64,000 nt of DNA from Nitrospira sp. (GCA_047150005.1 AP038806.1:3808001-3872000); one strand, 5' to 3'; positions 47,040-57,390 are shown, counted from the first letter of the stretch. The notes: a model not told the origin generated them from the sequence alone. Program-made: numbers and translations.

Positions 47040-50000
47040 ATGCTGAAGGTCGTCACCGGTTCGTTTCACCCCTATCTTGAATCCGCGTTCGTCGAGCATC
47101 TTCAACAGGCCAAGGCCGCCGATCCGTTCGCTCCGGTTGCCGTGCTCGTGCCCTCGGCACCCTTGCTCGATCGGCTTCGGCGTCTGCTCTCTCGGGAGCG
47201 ACGGCTTTCATTCCTGAATGTCCATTTTTTCACCTTCCATCAACTGGCGCTGCGGCTCGCCGACGAGATGCGCGGGAAAGCACACACCGTTCCACCGCGT
47301 GTCGCCGACAATCTCTTCTTCGAGCAGCTGGTGCGGCATCTCGTCAGGAACCGGCTCTCCGGACTGACCGCATTACAGCAGATCGGCCATTCGTCGGGAA
47401 CGTGGGCTGCCCTCTGGTCTTCGATTCGTGACCTGAAAGACGCGGGGGTGGACCCGACCGAAGCTCAACGCGGGGTCGGTGAAGGCTGCTTCGACGAGGA
47501 CGACCGGGATTGGCTTCAAGCCCTGTTCACACTCTACCGCGCCGTGAAGGAAGTCGGACGGACCCTCGAGGTCGGGACTGCGGACGATCTCGCGGAGTCG
47601 CTGCTGCCGTTCGTCCCGGCCTCTCCGTTCCTCGGCTCGCTCCGCCATGTCTTCTATTACGGCTTCTACGACCTGACACAGATCCAACTGTCGCTGTTCG
47701 AAAAGGTGGCCGCCGCCGCACCGGCCACGCTGTTCTTTCCCCTCGAGAAGGATCGTTCGTTCACCTTCGCGCGACGGTTCTTCGAACGGCACATCCAGCG
47801 ACAGGTGACGACTCCCATCGCGCTCACCGGGCTCCGCGACTCCGGCCGGCCCGACCCCGCGACTCCCGCCCTGTCCGTCCGAAGCGTCATAGGCCTCGGT
47901 CAGGAGCTGGCCGTGACCTGCCGCACGATCCTCGAACTGGTCGAGACGAACGGGTACCGGTTCGACGAGATCGGCGTCGTGGCCAGAACCCTGGATCCCT
48001 ACCGTCCCCAACTGCAATCCGTCTTCGATCGCCACCGTGTTCCCTTCACCACGACGGTGGGACGGCCGCTCATCCAGGAGCCCTTGTGCAAGGTGCTGAT
48101 TGAACTGGCCACGTTGCCGACGAACGACTTCTACCGCACCACGATGCTCGATCTGGTGACATCGCCGCTTTTCGTCGCCACCGCGAACCAGGACCGTTCG
48201 TCCTCCTATCGTCCCGAACTGTGGAAGCTCCTCGTCCCGGCCCTGCAGATCACGAGGGGACGGGAGGAATGGGCAAGGTTGGAACAGGCCGGTCGGTCGC
48301 CGGTTGACCTGGATGGAGAGGATGAAGAAACCGGCCTGCCCCTGCCGCTGGATATCGCGCCGGAAGTGATCGGACACCTATGGCGGGTCGTGGCTCCGCT
48401 CCTCGGCGCCTGCGCGGCGCTGCCGCAACGAGGGACCGTCGCGCAACTGCTCGAAGCCTTCCGGCCGCTGGCCATCACGTATCTGCGCCGTCCGGAGGAC
48501 GGGCCGGCCGGCGATCCGGATTCCGGAACGGTTCGCCTCCAGGCGGCCTGGGAAGGCATCGAGTGCGCGTGGGCCTCACTCGGGGAGTTGGAGCCGATTG
48601 CCGACACACTGACCTGGGTCGAATTTCTGGAGTTGCTCACACACGCGCTCGAACGGGCCACGATACCGCTGGACCAGCCGGCACCGACGGGCGTGATGGT
48701 ACTCGACGCCATGGCCGCGCGCGGTCTTCCGTTCAAGGCGCTGTTCATCCTCGGTCTCAACGACAAAGTGTTTCCCCGCTATATCCGGGAAGACGCCTTT
48801 CTCCGGGATCGGCATCGTCACGTGCTGGACGCCACGCTCGGATTCAAGATCGACGAAAAACTGGCCGGATACGACGAAGAGTCGCTCCTGTTCGCCCTGC
48901 TCTGCCGGGCGGCCAGCTCCCGGCTGTATCTGTCGTTCCAGCGGGCCGACGAGACCGGCCGTGCACTGACTCCCTCTCCCTACCTCTGGGACATCGCTCG
49001 TCTATCAGGCCTAGAACCACAGACGACGGAGATTCTCCCCCGGCGTCTGACCGATCTGATCGCGCAGCAACCCGCGATACGACATGTGCTTCCGCCCGCC
49101 GACCTGGCGCAGTGGATGGCCATGAACGGGGAGGACCCGGCCGACCTCCTGCAATCCGTCCAAGGCGACGCAGACCTGTTTCGTCATGCAGCCGAGGCAC
49201 TGGATCATATCGAGGACGACCGGGCTCCCTTGACGCAGTATGACGGGGTGACCGGCCCGTTGGAACCCCACTGGCCCAGGACTGTCCAGCGCGGCCTGGC
49301 CCCCACGCCGCTCGAACGGTACGCACGTTGTCCATTTCAATATTTCGCCGCGGATGTTTTGAAGCTCGAACCGGTGCGATTGCCGGTGACACAGGAACCG
49401 GATGCGCCGCTGCTCGGCACCCTGTGCCACGGGGCGCTCCGGCGTGGCTATGAATCCCTCCTGGCCGCCGGTTGGCCGATGAAGGATCTTTCGAGCGACA
49501 CCATCCACCGGTCTATTGTCGCGGCGGTCGAACAGGCGGCAGCCGACTGCGCCTCACGTCATCGTACCGGTCACTATCTCTTGTGGGAATTGGCAAAAGC
49601 CACCATGGTCGACCTGATCGCGGCGGCGGTCGAGTCGGATTCGCGCGCACTGACGGACGAAGGATTTACTCCCGTCGCCTTGGAAGTGGAGGCGGAGGGG
49701 ACGATCCAGACTGAGCTGGGCGACGATGCCGCTCCCATAAAACTTCACGGCCGCGTGGACCGGATCGACCGACACAACATGTCCGGCGCGTTGCGGATCA
49801 TCGACTACAAATTCAAGGGCAGCAGGGTGATGAAACCGGACGACCGACATCTCCTCCAATCCGCCGTCCGTGGATCTCGGCTCCAACCGCCTCTCTACAT
49901 AGGACTGGATCTTCCGGGGGGAGGCAAGGCGCGAGAGGTCCGGTTCATTTTTCTGGCTCCCAAGTGGCCGAAGCCGATCGAGACGCGTAGCTTCGACGAG

Positions 50001-50231
50001 CGCGCCTGGTCGTCGGAGGCCGGCGCGCTGATTCGCCGGACCCTCGCCCACTTGGTCGACGGCATGAAAAGCGGCCGGTACTTCATCCTACCGGGAAGCT
50101 ATTGCGCGCCTTGTCCGTATCGGGTGCTCTGCCGGCGCGAACATGCGCCCACCTGGTGGCGCGCGCACCGAGCACCTGAACCGAAGCAACTCGCGGCGCT
50201 TCGCACGATTCGGGTGAACGATGTCCAGTGA
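47040..50231 (+). CDS. addB: AddB-like helicase/nuclease subunit (PD-(D/E)XK, Fe-S)
   Basis: No Walker A; CPFQYF, GRVDRID, IIDYK, CAPCPYRVLC. Confidence 0.8.
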   Translation: MLKVVTGSFHPYLESAFVEHLQQAKAADPFAPVAVLVPSAPLLDRLRRLLSRERRLSFLNVHFFTFHQLALRLADEMRGKAHTVPPRVADNLFFEQLVRHLVRNRLSGLTALQQIGHSSGTWAALWSSIRDLKDAGVDPTEAQRGVGEGCFDEDDRDWLQALFTLYRAVKEVGRTLEVGTADDLAESLLPFVPASPFLGSLRHVFYYGFYDLTQIQLSLFEKVAAAAPATLFFPLEKDRSFTFARRFFERHIQRQVTTPIALTGLRDSGRPDPATPALSVRSVIGLGQELAVTCRTILELVETNGYRFDEIGVVARTLDPYRPQLQSVFDRHRVPFTTTVGRPLIQEPLCKVLIELATLPTNDFYRTTMLDLVTSPLFVATANQDRSSSYRPELWKLLVPALQITRGREEWARLEQAGRSPVDLDGEDEETGLPLPLDIAPEVIGHLWRVVAPLLGACAALPQRGTVAQLLEAFRPLAITYLRRPEDGPAGDPDSGTVRLQAAWEGIECAWASLGELEPIADTLTWVEFLELLTHALERATIPLDQPAPTGVMVLDAMAARGLPFKALFILGLNDKVFPRYIREDAFLRDRHRHVLDATLGFKIDEKLAGYDEESLLFALLCRAASSRLYLSFQRADETGRALTPSPYLWDIARLSGLEPQTTEILPRRLTDLIAQQPAIRHVLPPADLAQWMAMNGEDPADLLQSVQGDADLFRHAAEALDHIEDDRAPLTQYDGVTGPLEPHWPRTVQRGLAPTPLERYARCPFQYFAADVLKLEPVRLPVTQEPDAPLLGTLCHGALRRGYESLLAAGWPMKDLSSDTIHRSIVAAVEQAAADCASRHRTGHYLLWELAKATMVDLIAAAVESDSRALTDEGFTPVALEVEAEGTIQTELGDDAAPIKLHGRVDRIDRHNMSGALRIIDYKFKGSRVMKPDDRHLLQSAVRGSRLQPPLYIGLDLPGGGKAREVRFIFLAPKWPKPIETRSFDERAWSSEAGALIRRTLAHLVDGMKSGRYFILPGSYCAPCPYRVLCRREHAPTWWRAHRAPEPKQLAALRTIRVNDVQ

Positions 50232-53200
50232 CACGATGATTCCGGACCGACAGGCGCGGGAATCAGCCGAAACCACCTTCGACCGCAACGTCGTCGTCGT
50301 GGCAGGGGCGGGCACCGGGAAGACGACGTTGCTGGTGAATCGCCTGATTCACCTCCTGATGAAGGAGCCTGATCCGATCGCCGTGACCCAGATCGTCGCC
50401 CTGACCTTCACGAACAAGGCGGCCACGGAGATGAAGGTGCGTCTGCGGGAACGATTGACGGCTCTGGCTCGTCCCGAGATCGAGGGTCATCGAGCGACCG
50501 ACGGAGGCGCCGTCTCGATCCGTCAGCTGCAAGTCCGCTATCGTCTCGACGAGCGTGAGATCGCCACGCGGGCCGAAGCGGCGTTGCAGGACTTGGAAAA
50601 GGCCCAAATCGGCACCTTGCATAGCTTTGCGGCTCACCTGCTCCGGCTGCATCCGTTGGAAAGCGGCGTGGACCCGGCCTTTCAGGAAGACGACGGCCAG
50701 CGGTTTGACGAACACTTTACGGAAGCCTGGGATCTGTGGATCGATCAGGAACTGGGCCGACAGGGCACTCATCATGAGGACTGGCGGATGATTTTGTCGG
50801 CGGCCGACCTCGGGTCGCTCCGACATTTAGCTCGCTCGCTGTCAAGCGAATTGGTCGACGTGGACGCAGTCGAGGCGCAACTGAGCGCCTCCGGGCTCAA
50901 TCCGATACTCATCGACCAGCTTCGTCAACTCGCTTCCAGAGCTCTGGTGCTCCTTTCGGCTCATGACCGTCCCAAACGCCGCAAGATCGAGCAGATGCTC
51001 GCCGCCGCCGGATCGTTCCTGAACCGGCTGGCGGAGCAGGGAGTCGGGGCCGTGCAAACGTTACAACTGGAAGTCCGGGATTGCTTGGGCAAAGAAGTCG
51101 GCAGCGCGGTCGCCGGATGGGAAAAACCCGATTTCGCTGAAGCGGCATCGATCATCAAAACTTCCCAGCAATTCCTCGATGTTGACCATCAATACTTCAT
51201 CACATTGTTACAGATTATTTCGCCGCTGATCCGGTCGATCCGCGCATCGTTTTCAGCCAAAGGGTGGCTCTCGTTCGACGGCCTGCTCGCGCGGGCCCGG
51301 CGACTCCTCTGGAACCATCGTGCCGTGCGCGAGCGGGTGAAGCGCGACTACCGGGCCGTGCTCGTCGACGAATTTCAAGACACCGATCCGGTGCAGTACG
51401 ACATCATCCTGGCGGTCTCTGAACGGGCGGGACACCATGCGACCGATTGGCGTGACATCGCGCTCGATCCGGGGAAGCTCTTCATCGTCGGAGACCCGAA
51501 GCAGTCGATCTATGCCTTCCGCCGTGCGGACATCGAGGCCTTCGACCGAGTGGTCCAGAAGATCGTGACCGATGGAGGGCTACTCAGCACGCTCACGACG
51601 AATTTCCGGAGCGACGCGGCGGTTCTGAGTCCGGTCAATGACGTCTTCGACCGTCTCTTCGAACGTCGCCCGCTCATTCAGCCCGCCAACGTTCGGTTGG
51701 AAGCGCACCCGCAACGCCCGCCGGCTCTTGCGGATCCTGGAGTCCGTTTCCGAATAGTGGCGCCGCAGGAGGAGGACGCCTTCGATGCCGAGGAAGCAGC
51801 CAGGGCGGAAGGCGAAGCCTTGGCCCGCTGGCTCAAGGACGAGCTCTTGATTCATCCCCACATGAAGGCGGGACAGGTGGCGCTGCTGTTTCGTCGACTC
51901 ACCCAGGCCGACGCCTATCTCGACGCCTTGCGCCGGCACGGCATCCCCTACGTCATCGAAGGAGAGAAACACTTTTACCGCCGTCAGGAAGTGATCGACC
52001 TGGTCAATGTGCTGCGGGTGCTGGACCATCCGTACGACCGTCTGGCGCTCGCGGGCGTGCTGAGATCGCCGCTCGGCGGTTGCACCGATTCGGATCTCTA
52101 TGCGATGCACAGCGCGGGATCGCTTGACGGCGTGAACGAGTCCGCGCTGCTTGCCTGGCGCCATCCGCTCGCGGCACCGGTGCGGCTCTTGTATCGCCAG
52201 TTGGCCCGGCTCCGTCGGGACGCGGCAACGGTCTCATTGGCCGAAGTGATCCAATTGGTGTTCGACCGCCTGCCTCTGCTCGAACTGGCAGCTGCCTCGC
52301 TTCACGGAGAACAGGCCGTGGCGAATCTGCTCAAGGTGAAACACACGGCCGCGTCCCTGTCCGATCGACCGCACCTGACGTTCAGCTCGTTCGTGGATCT
52401 CATGGTGGCGAGATTGGAGGATCAGCCGGACGAAGCGGAAAGTCCTTTGGCCGAGGAGAATGCCGATGCGGTCCAGATCCTGACGATCCATAAGGCCAAG
52501 GGGCTTGAATTCCCCGTCGTGCTCCTGCCGGGGCTTCACCAGGGAAGCGGACGCGAGCGATCGAAACCGATGGTGGTCTACGATTGGTCGAGTGGAAGCT
52601 ATGGACTGTCGCTCGGGGAGCATTGCACATTTGGATCCGTGCTGATCCGCGAGAAATTCTCGGCGAGGGAGGAAGCGGAACGGCGCCGGATCCTCTATGT
52701 CGGAATGACCAGAGCCAAGGACCTGCTGGTGCTCTCGGGCAGCGTGACGGAGCGATCCGCCGGCGAGAATGTCTTGGACCTGCTCCAGGAAATCGGTGAA
52801 GGAGAGCTGGGCGGCGGCGCGACCCGACACGTGAAGATCGGCACGAGCGACATTCCGCATCACGTGGTTCACGCGCCCGACCGAACATGGCCGAAGCGGC
52901 CTCTGGCGAGGAGGTCCGAGCCGTCTCTCGTCGATCCGCAGGCCGTCGCCGAACTGTGGAACGAGCGAGCGGCTCGATGGATGAGCACGCGCGGGATCCA
53001 TTGGCACGTGACCCCAACGGAATCGAGCACTCATCAGAGCGTTGCACAGGGTCGTTCTGTTTCCGACGGTCAGGATCGCCGGCTCGCTCGCCTGACCGGG
53101 GTCTTGGCCCACCGGATTCTCGAACGCTGGGACTTCAACGAACCGACGGACCGGATGCTGGATCACATCGCTGCGGTCTTGCGCACGACCTCCGGGCCGG

Positions 53201-53574
53201 ACGAGCAGGCGTGGCTCCCGGAGCTCACCGAGTCGCTCCGTGAGCTATTTGCGAGGTTCGGCACGTCGCAACCCTATGAGCGGCTCCGCTCCGCCACGAT
53301 CCTGGGCCGTGAGGTGCCGTTCGTGATGCCCTGGGAGGACAGGCAGGTGATGGAAGGGGTCATCGACATCATCTACCGACTTGACGGACGGATCTGGCTC
53401 GCGGACTATAAAACGGACCGTATCGAGACGGAGGAAGCCGTCGACCGCGCCCGGCGATATACCCATCAGGCGTCGGTCTATCGCGCTGCGGCAGAACGTG
53501 GCCTGGGCCAGCCGATCGCCGGCTTCCAATTCATTTTTCTTCGGGCGGGGATTGCCGTGGAACTCAACGGATAG
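50221..53574 (+). CDS. addA: AddA-like UvrD helicase-nuclease
   Basis: AGAGTGKT, TFTNKAA, VDEFQDT, VGDPKQSIY.FR, TIHKAKGLEF, YVGMTRA, C-terminal GVID...DYKT. Confidence 0.88.
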   Translation: MSSDTMIPDRQARESAETTFDRNVVVVAGAGTGKTTLLVNRLIHLLMKEPDPIAVTQIVALTFTNKAATEMKVRLRERLTALARPEIEGHRATDGGAVSIRQLQVRYRLDEREIATRAEAALQDLEKAQIGTLHSFAAHLLRLHPLESGVDPAFQEDDGQRFDEHFTEAWDLWIDQELGRQGTHHEDWRMILSAADLGSLRHLARSLSSELVDVDAVEAQLSASGLNPILIDQLRQLASRALVLLSAHDRPKRRKIEQMLAAAGSFLNRLAEQGVGAVQTLQLEVRDCLGKEVGSAVAGWEKPDFAEAASIIKTSQQFLDVDHQYFITLLQIISPLIRSIRASFSAKGWLSFDGLLARARRLLWNHRAVRERVKRDYRAVLVDEFQDTDPVQYDIILAVSERAGHHATDWRDIALDPGKLFIVGDPKQSIYAFRRADIEAFDRVVQKIVTDGGLLSTLTTNFRSDAAVLSPVNDVFDRLFERRPLIQPANVRLEAHPQRPPALADPGVRFRIVAPQEEDAFDAEEAARAEGEALARWLKDELLIHPHMKAGQVALLFRRLTQADAYLDALRRHGIPYVIEGEKHFYRRQEVIDLVNVLRVLDHPYDRLALAGVLRSPLGGCTDSDLYAMHSAGSLDGVNESALLAWRHPLAAPVRLLYRQLARLRRDAATVSLAEVIQLVFDRLPLLELAAASLHGEQAVANLLKVKHTAASLSDRPHLTFSSFVDLMVARLEDQPDEAESPLAEENADAVQILTIHKAKGLEFPVVLLPGLHQGSGRERSKPMVVYDWSSGSYGLSLGEHCTFGSVLIREKFSAREEAERRRILYVGMTRAKDLLVLSGSVTERSAGENVLDLLQEIGEGELGGGATRHVKIGTSDIPHHVVHAPDRTWPKRPLARRSEPSLVDPQAVAELWNERAARWMSTRGIHWHVTPTESSTHQSVAQGRSVSDGQDRRLARLTGVLAHRILERWDFNEPTDRMLDHIAAVLRTTSGPDEQAWLPELTESLRELFARFGTSQPYERLRSATILGREVPFVMPWEDRQVMEGVIDIIYRLDGRIWLADYKTDRIETEEAVDRARRYTHQASVYRAAAERGLGQPIAGFQFIFLRAGIAVELNG

Positions 53575-53592
53575 ATAGAGAAGGAGGCGCTC

Positions 53593-54009
53593 ATGTCGGG
53601 GGTCCCATGGCTGATGGTTCTGATTCTGCTGGGCGGATGCGCGAGCACGATGCCGCATCCTCCCGCAACCGTACTTCCTGCGCCCGCCGGCACGAACGCG
53701 GAAATCAGGGCGCAGCTCGAGCGGGGCAATGCGCTCTTCACCTCCCGCGATTGGGCCGGTGCCGAGAAGGTGTTTCGAGAGGTCGTGTCGTTCGATCCCT
53801 CGCTGGCTGAGGCCCACTATAACCTGGCCGTCACGCTCGACCATCAGGGGAAACAGGCCGAGGCGAGAACGCACTATGTCGACGCGGCGAATCTCGCACC
53901 CGGCAACAAGGTGATCTGGGACTCACCGATCTTTCATGACCGAGCCGGAGGATTCGGGCACGACCTTGAGCGATCCTCGTTTCAAGATCCGTCACGCAAG
54001 GGCTATTGA
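53593..54009 (+). CDS. TPR-repeat lipoprotein
   Basis: LGGC lipobox; AEAHYNLA. Confidence 0.85.
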   Translation: MSGVPWLMVLILLGGCASTMPHPPATVLPAPAGTNAEIRAQLERGNALFTSRDWAGAEKVFREVVSFDPSLAEAHYNLAVTLDHQGKQAEARTHYVDAANLAPGNKVIWDSPIFHDRAGGFGHDLERSSFQDPSRKGY

Positions 54010-54011
54010 CG

Positions 54012-54395
54012 ATGGGACCACGAGGCTCAGATCGGGTCTCCCCGGAAGCCTTTGACCGCTTGGTCCGAGAGGCGCTCCGCGACCTGCCGGTCCGGTATGC
54101 CAAGCTGGTGGAAGAAGTGTCCGTCGTGGTGGAAGAAGAACCGCCCGCCGAAGTCCTGGCCGATCTGGACCTCGATTCGGAGGATGACCTTCTCGGTCTC
54201 TACCAGGGCCTGCCGCTCAGCGAGGAGTCGTTCTTTCAGCCCGGCGGTCAACAGCCGCCGCGTATTGCCATCTACCGGGGTCCGATTCTCCGGCTTTGTA
54301 GTACTCCGGACGAGGTAAAGCAGGAGATCCGCGACACGGTCGTACATGAATTGGGGCACCATGTCGGCTTGGACGACGACGAAATGCCTTATTAG
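54012..54395 (+). CDS. Zincin-like metallopeptidase (DUF1025-type)
   Basis: LLGLYQG, I.IYRGPI, HELGHH. Confidence 0.9.
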   Translation: MGPRGSDRVSPEAFDRLVREALRDLPVRYAKLVEEVSVVVEEEPPAEVLADLDLDSEDDLLGLYQGLPLSEESFFQPGGQQPPRIAIYRGPILRLCSTPDEVKQEIRDTVVHELGHHVGLDDDEMPY

Positions 54396-54465
54396 GGGAA
54401 GGGTGAGGTTGAGGGTTTTTCGGCGTTAGCGACCGCGCGATCCCGGCTTCACCTGAGTCTGAACC

Positions 54466-55302
54466 CTAACCTGTAACAATCTTTCCAGCCGGTTGCTCAC
54501 GGCGCGCCAGCGCCTGCCGTTGATAGCCAAGCGCAAGCATGAAACTGCCGATGATGACCATCGGCAACGAGAGCATCTGCCCCATGGAGAGCGCGCCGAA
54601 AATGAAGCCGATGTGGGCGTCCGGCTCTCGAAACAGTTCCGCCAGCAAGCGGCAGAGCCCGTAGCCTGTGATGAAGCTCCAAAACGTCGTGCCGGGCGGT
54701 GTGGGTCGTCGCCCGATCACCCACAGAACCGAGAACAGCAACACGCCTTCCAACGCCAACTCGTAGAGTTGCGACGGATGCCGGCAGGCCGGTCCGCCTG
54801 CGGGAAACACCATGCACCACTCCACGTCCGTCGGACGGCCGAAGAGCTCACCGTTGATGAAATTGCCGAGCCGGCCGAGGCCGAGACCGATCGGCGTGAC
54901 GGAGGCCGCCATGTCCGCGATGGTGTAGATGGGAATGCCGTGGCGCTTTCCGAACCAGATCAACGCGACGATCGTGCCGATCAAGCCTCCGTGAAACGAC
55001 ATCCCTCCCTCCCAGACCGCGAGAATCTTGCTGGGATACTCAAGATAATAGGGAAGGTTGTAAAAGAGCACATACCCGAACCGCCCGCCGATGAACACTC
55101 CGAAGGCCGCCCAGACCACCATGTCATAGACTTGATCTTTCGTCAGCCCCAACCCCTGCGCCTCTGCCTTCTGGCGAATGACGAAATAGGCGATCGTGAG
55201 CCCGATCAGATACATCAGCCCGTACCAGCGAAACTGGAGGGGGCCCAATTCGAGAAACACAGGATCGATGTTCGGATAGGGAATCGCGTCCAACCGGTTC
55301 AT
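54466..55302 (-). CDS. lgt: Prolipoprotein diacylglyceryl transferase
   Basis: RWYGLMY, GGMSFHGG, GRLGNFINGELFGR, HPSQLYE. Confidence 0.97.
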   Translation of the reverse strand: MNRLDAIPYPNIDPVFLELGPLQFRWYGLMYLIGLTIAYFVIRQKAEAQGLGLTKDQVYDMVVWAAFGVFIGGRFGYVLFYNLPYYLEYPSKILAVWEGGMSFHGGLIGTIVALIWFGKRHGIPIYTIADMAASVTPIGLGLGRLGNFINGELFGRPTDVEWCMVFPAGGPACRHPSQLYELALEGVLLFSVLWVIGRRPTPPGTTFWSFITGYGLCRLLAELFREPDAHIGFIFGALSMGQMLSLPMVIIGSFMLALGYQRQALARREQPAGKIVTG

Positions 55303-55543
55303 TTCTGCCTCATGTGACGTCGGTGAGCCGGATGATATGTGAGCGATGCGGCCATTGCAAGCAACGCCACAACAAACGCCGGAGGCACGTGCGACAGCGT
55401 CTCAACGAAATGACCACAGCGGCTGTTGGCTTTCCGTCACGCCTGTGTCGCGTTGTGTCAGAAAAACGCTACCCAAAATTAAGCCTGGTTAATCGGAGTA
55501 GGCCCGAGCGCTGTAATTCCTGAGAAAAGGCCCGATTCCGCGC

Positions 55544-55558
55544 TGGCACGGTTGATGC
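55544..55558 (+). promoter_or_regulatory. Putative sigma54 promoter
   Basis: TGGCAC-GGTTG-ATGC (GG-N10-GC). Confidence 0.45.
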
Positions 55559-55631
55559 GAAACGACCCGGCAGGATGTCGGCACAGCGGCACCGACCCAT
55601 TGATCCTTAACCGATTGCAAGGAGGTCTACC

Positions 55632-55868
55632 ATGTCAGAGCAGGGAAAGCAGGCGGTGAAAATGGCGGCGATGGTGGCCGGCAGCGCGGCCATCGGCGCG
55701 GGGCTTGGACTCCTGTTTGCGCCTCAGACCGGAGCGGAAACGCGGCGTGAAATCAACCGATATGCAAAGAAGGCGCAGGTACAGGCGACCCGCTGGAGCC
55801 GCGCGATCAAATCCGGCATCCAAGAAGTCGTGGATCGCACGAAACGGCCGATGGTGGAAGCAGCCTAA
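55632..55868 (+). CDS. YtxH domain protein
   Basis: GAGLGLLFAPQTGAETR; AAGGAGGT RBS. Confidence 0.88.
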   Translation: MSEQGKQAVKMAAMVAGSAAIGAGLGLLFAPQTGAETRREINRYAKKAQVQATRWSRAIKSGIQEVVDRTKRPMVEAA

Positions 55869-56056
55869 CGAATCACGGAGGAAACAGTCGAGAGGGGATC
55901 GAAGCATCCCCGAGCACCGGCAACTGCATACGAGCGCCAATGGCCTGCTGCTGACACCGGCACAGGCCGTTGGTGCGTGGTCTTCCCTTTCACATCCCAG
56001 CCATTGACCGTCACCCACGGTGGCGGGTCAGTTTGGCATACGAAGCACTGAAGTGT

Positions 56057-56076
56057 GTCATTCCCGCGGAAGCGGG
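56057..56076 (+). repeat. Left part of a REP-like palindrome split by the IS (remainder at 57116..57123)
   Basis: Rejoined sequence GTCATTCCCGCGGAAGCGGGAATCCAG (stem ATTCCCGC/GCGGGAAT). Confidence 0.7.
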
Positions 56077-57068
56077 CAGGTGGAGTCACATTTGAAGTGC
56101 AACAGATCACGAGTAAACACCTCGGCCGGTGTCTCATAGTCGAGACACTTGCGCGGGGTGTGATTATACGCCCGCACCAGCGCCAGCAAGCGGCGGGTGG
56201 AGAGCGTGGCCAAGTCAGTTTTCCGGGGGAGGGCACGGCGCATCCGGCCGATACCGTTTTCGATACCCCCTTTTTGCCACGGGGCATGCGGGTCACAAAA
56301 GTAGGTGCGCATGCCGAGCGGGTGCAGCTGATCGTGATACGCGAACTCCGTGCCGTTATCGAACGTGATGGTCCGGCGCAGGGCCGGAGGCAGGGCGGCA
56401 AACAGCGCCGTGAGTCGGGCGGCCACCGGCTGGGCCCCCTTCGTGGGTTGCCGGCTGGCCACCAACACGCGCGAGCGGCGTTCCTGCGTCACCAGGACCG
56501 CCTGGCCATATTTCGCAAACAGCATCAGATCGGCCTCCCAATGGCCAGGGTCCTGCCGCTGCTGGATCGCCGCCGGTCGCTCGCTAATGGGGACGCGGCT
56601 GCGGATGTGGTCCACGGCACTGCCGCCTTTGCGCCCCCGCCACCCGCGTTTGCTTTTGCCCCGCGGCAAATAATGCCGCCAGCGATAGTCTTTCGTCCGG
56701 CGGATCTGGCTGGCGATGAAGCGGTAGATCGACTCGGAGCTGATGCGCAGCGCGCAGCCGTCGCGCTTGAGCCGGCCGGCGACTTGAGCGGGCGACCAGC
56801 CCTGCCCCAACCAGCGCAGGACGTGGGCCTGCAGCGCCGGTTGCCGGAGCAGACGACTCCCGCGCCAGCGGCGGCTGCGGGTCTGCTCCTGGGCATAGGC
56901 AGGCGCATAGCCCACCTGGGCGCCGCGATTGCGCCTCAGTTCCCGCAGAATGGTCGATGGCGCGCGATCCAGAGCTGCTGCAATTTGGCGGATGGTTTGC
57001 CCGGCTTCGCGAGCCCGGGCAATCGTACACCGGTCTTCCAAGGAGAGCTGCGCATAGTGTCGTCCCAT
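56058..57068 (-). CDS. IS30 family transposase
   Basis: N-terminal HTH (IAAALDRAPSTILRELRRN), GHWEAD, ITFDNGTEF, PWQKGGIEN, PRKCLDY.TP. Confidence 0.95.
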   Translation of the reverse strand: MGRHYAQLSLEDRCTIARAREAGQTIRQIAAALDRAPSTILRELRRNRGAQVGYAPAYAQEQTRSRRWRGSRLLRQPALQAHVLRWLGQGWSPAQVAGRLKRDGCALRISSESIYRFIASQIRRTKDYRWRHYLPRGKSKRGWRGRKGGSAVDHIRSRVPISERPAAIQQRQDPGHWEADLMLFAKYGQAVLVTQERRSRVLVASRQPTKGAQPVAARLTALFAALPPALRRTITFDNGTEFAYHDQLHPLGMRTYFCDPHAPWQKGGIENGIGRMRRALPRKTDLATLSTRRLLALVRAYNHTPRKCLDYETPAEVFTRDLLHFKCDSTCPLPRE

Positions 57069-57115
57069 TGCAACACCTTACCCCACAGGTGTTGCACTTC
57101 GTTTGTGAATCTAGG
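56079..57115 (-). mobile_element. IS30 family insertion sequence
   Basis: Imperfect 25-bp terminal IRs ggtggagtcacatttgaagtgcaac / cctagattcacaaacgaagtgcaac; flanks GCA and GAA (probable degenerate 3-bp TSD). Confidence 0.88.
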
Positions 57116-57303
57116 GAATCCAGGCAAGGTCTGCTCCTCAGCACTAACACACTCCTCATCCACCGATTGCTTGAAACCTCCTGACCCCGATGCTAGAGTT
57201 TCGCGGCTCGTCTCCGATCGCATGCTACCTTACAGATCTATCGGGACCATGTCCGCATAGGCGGAGCAGCTCCTCGGTCGTGGCGATGGCGATCCGCTGC
57301 AGG

Positions 57304-57390
57304 GCGGGAGTGGCGAAATCGGCAAACGCACAGGACTTAAAATCCTGTACCCGTAAGGGTTTGAGGGTTCAATTCCCTCCTCCCGCACCA
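57304..57390 (+). tRNA. tRNA-Leu (anticodon TAA)
   Basis: GCGGGAG/CTCCCGC acceptor, anticodon loop CTTAAAA, long variable arm, GGTTCAATTCC, encoded CCA. Confidence 0.96.

Noticed and set aside
56055..57260. 401-aa plus-strand ORF
   Set aside because: Antisense shadow of the IS30 transposase
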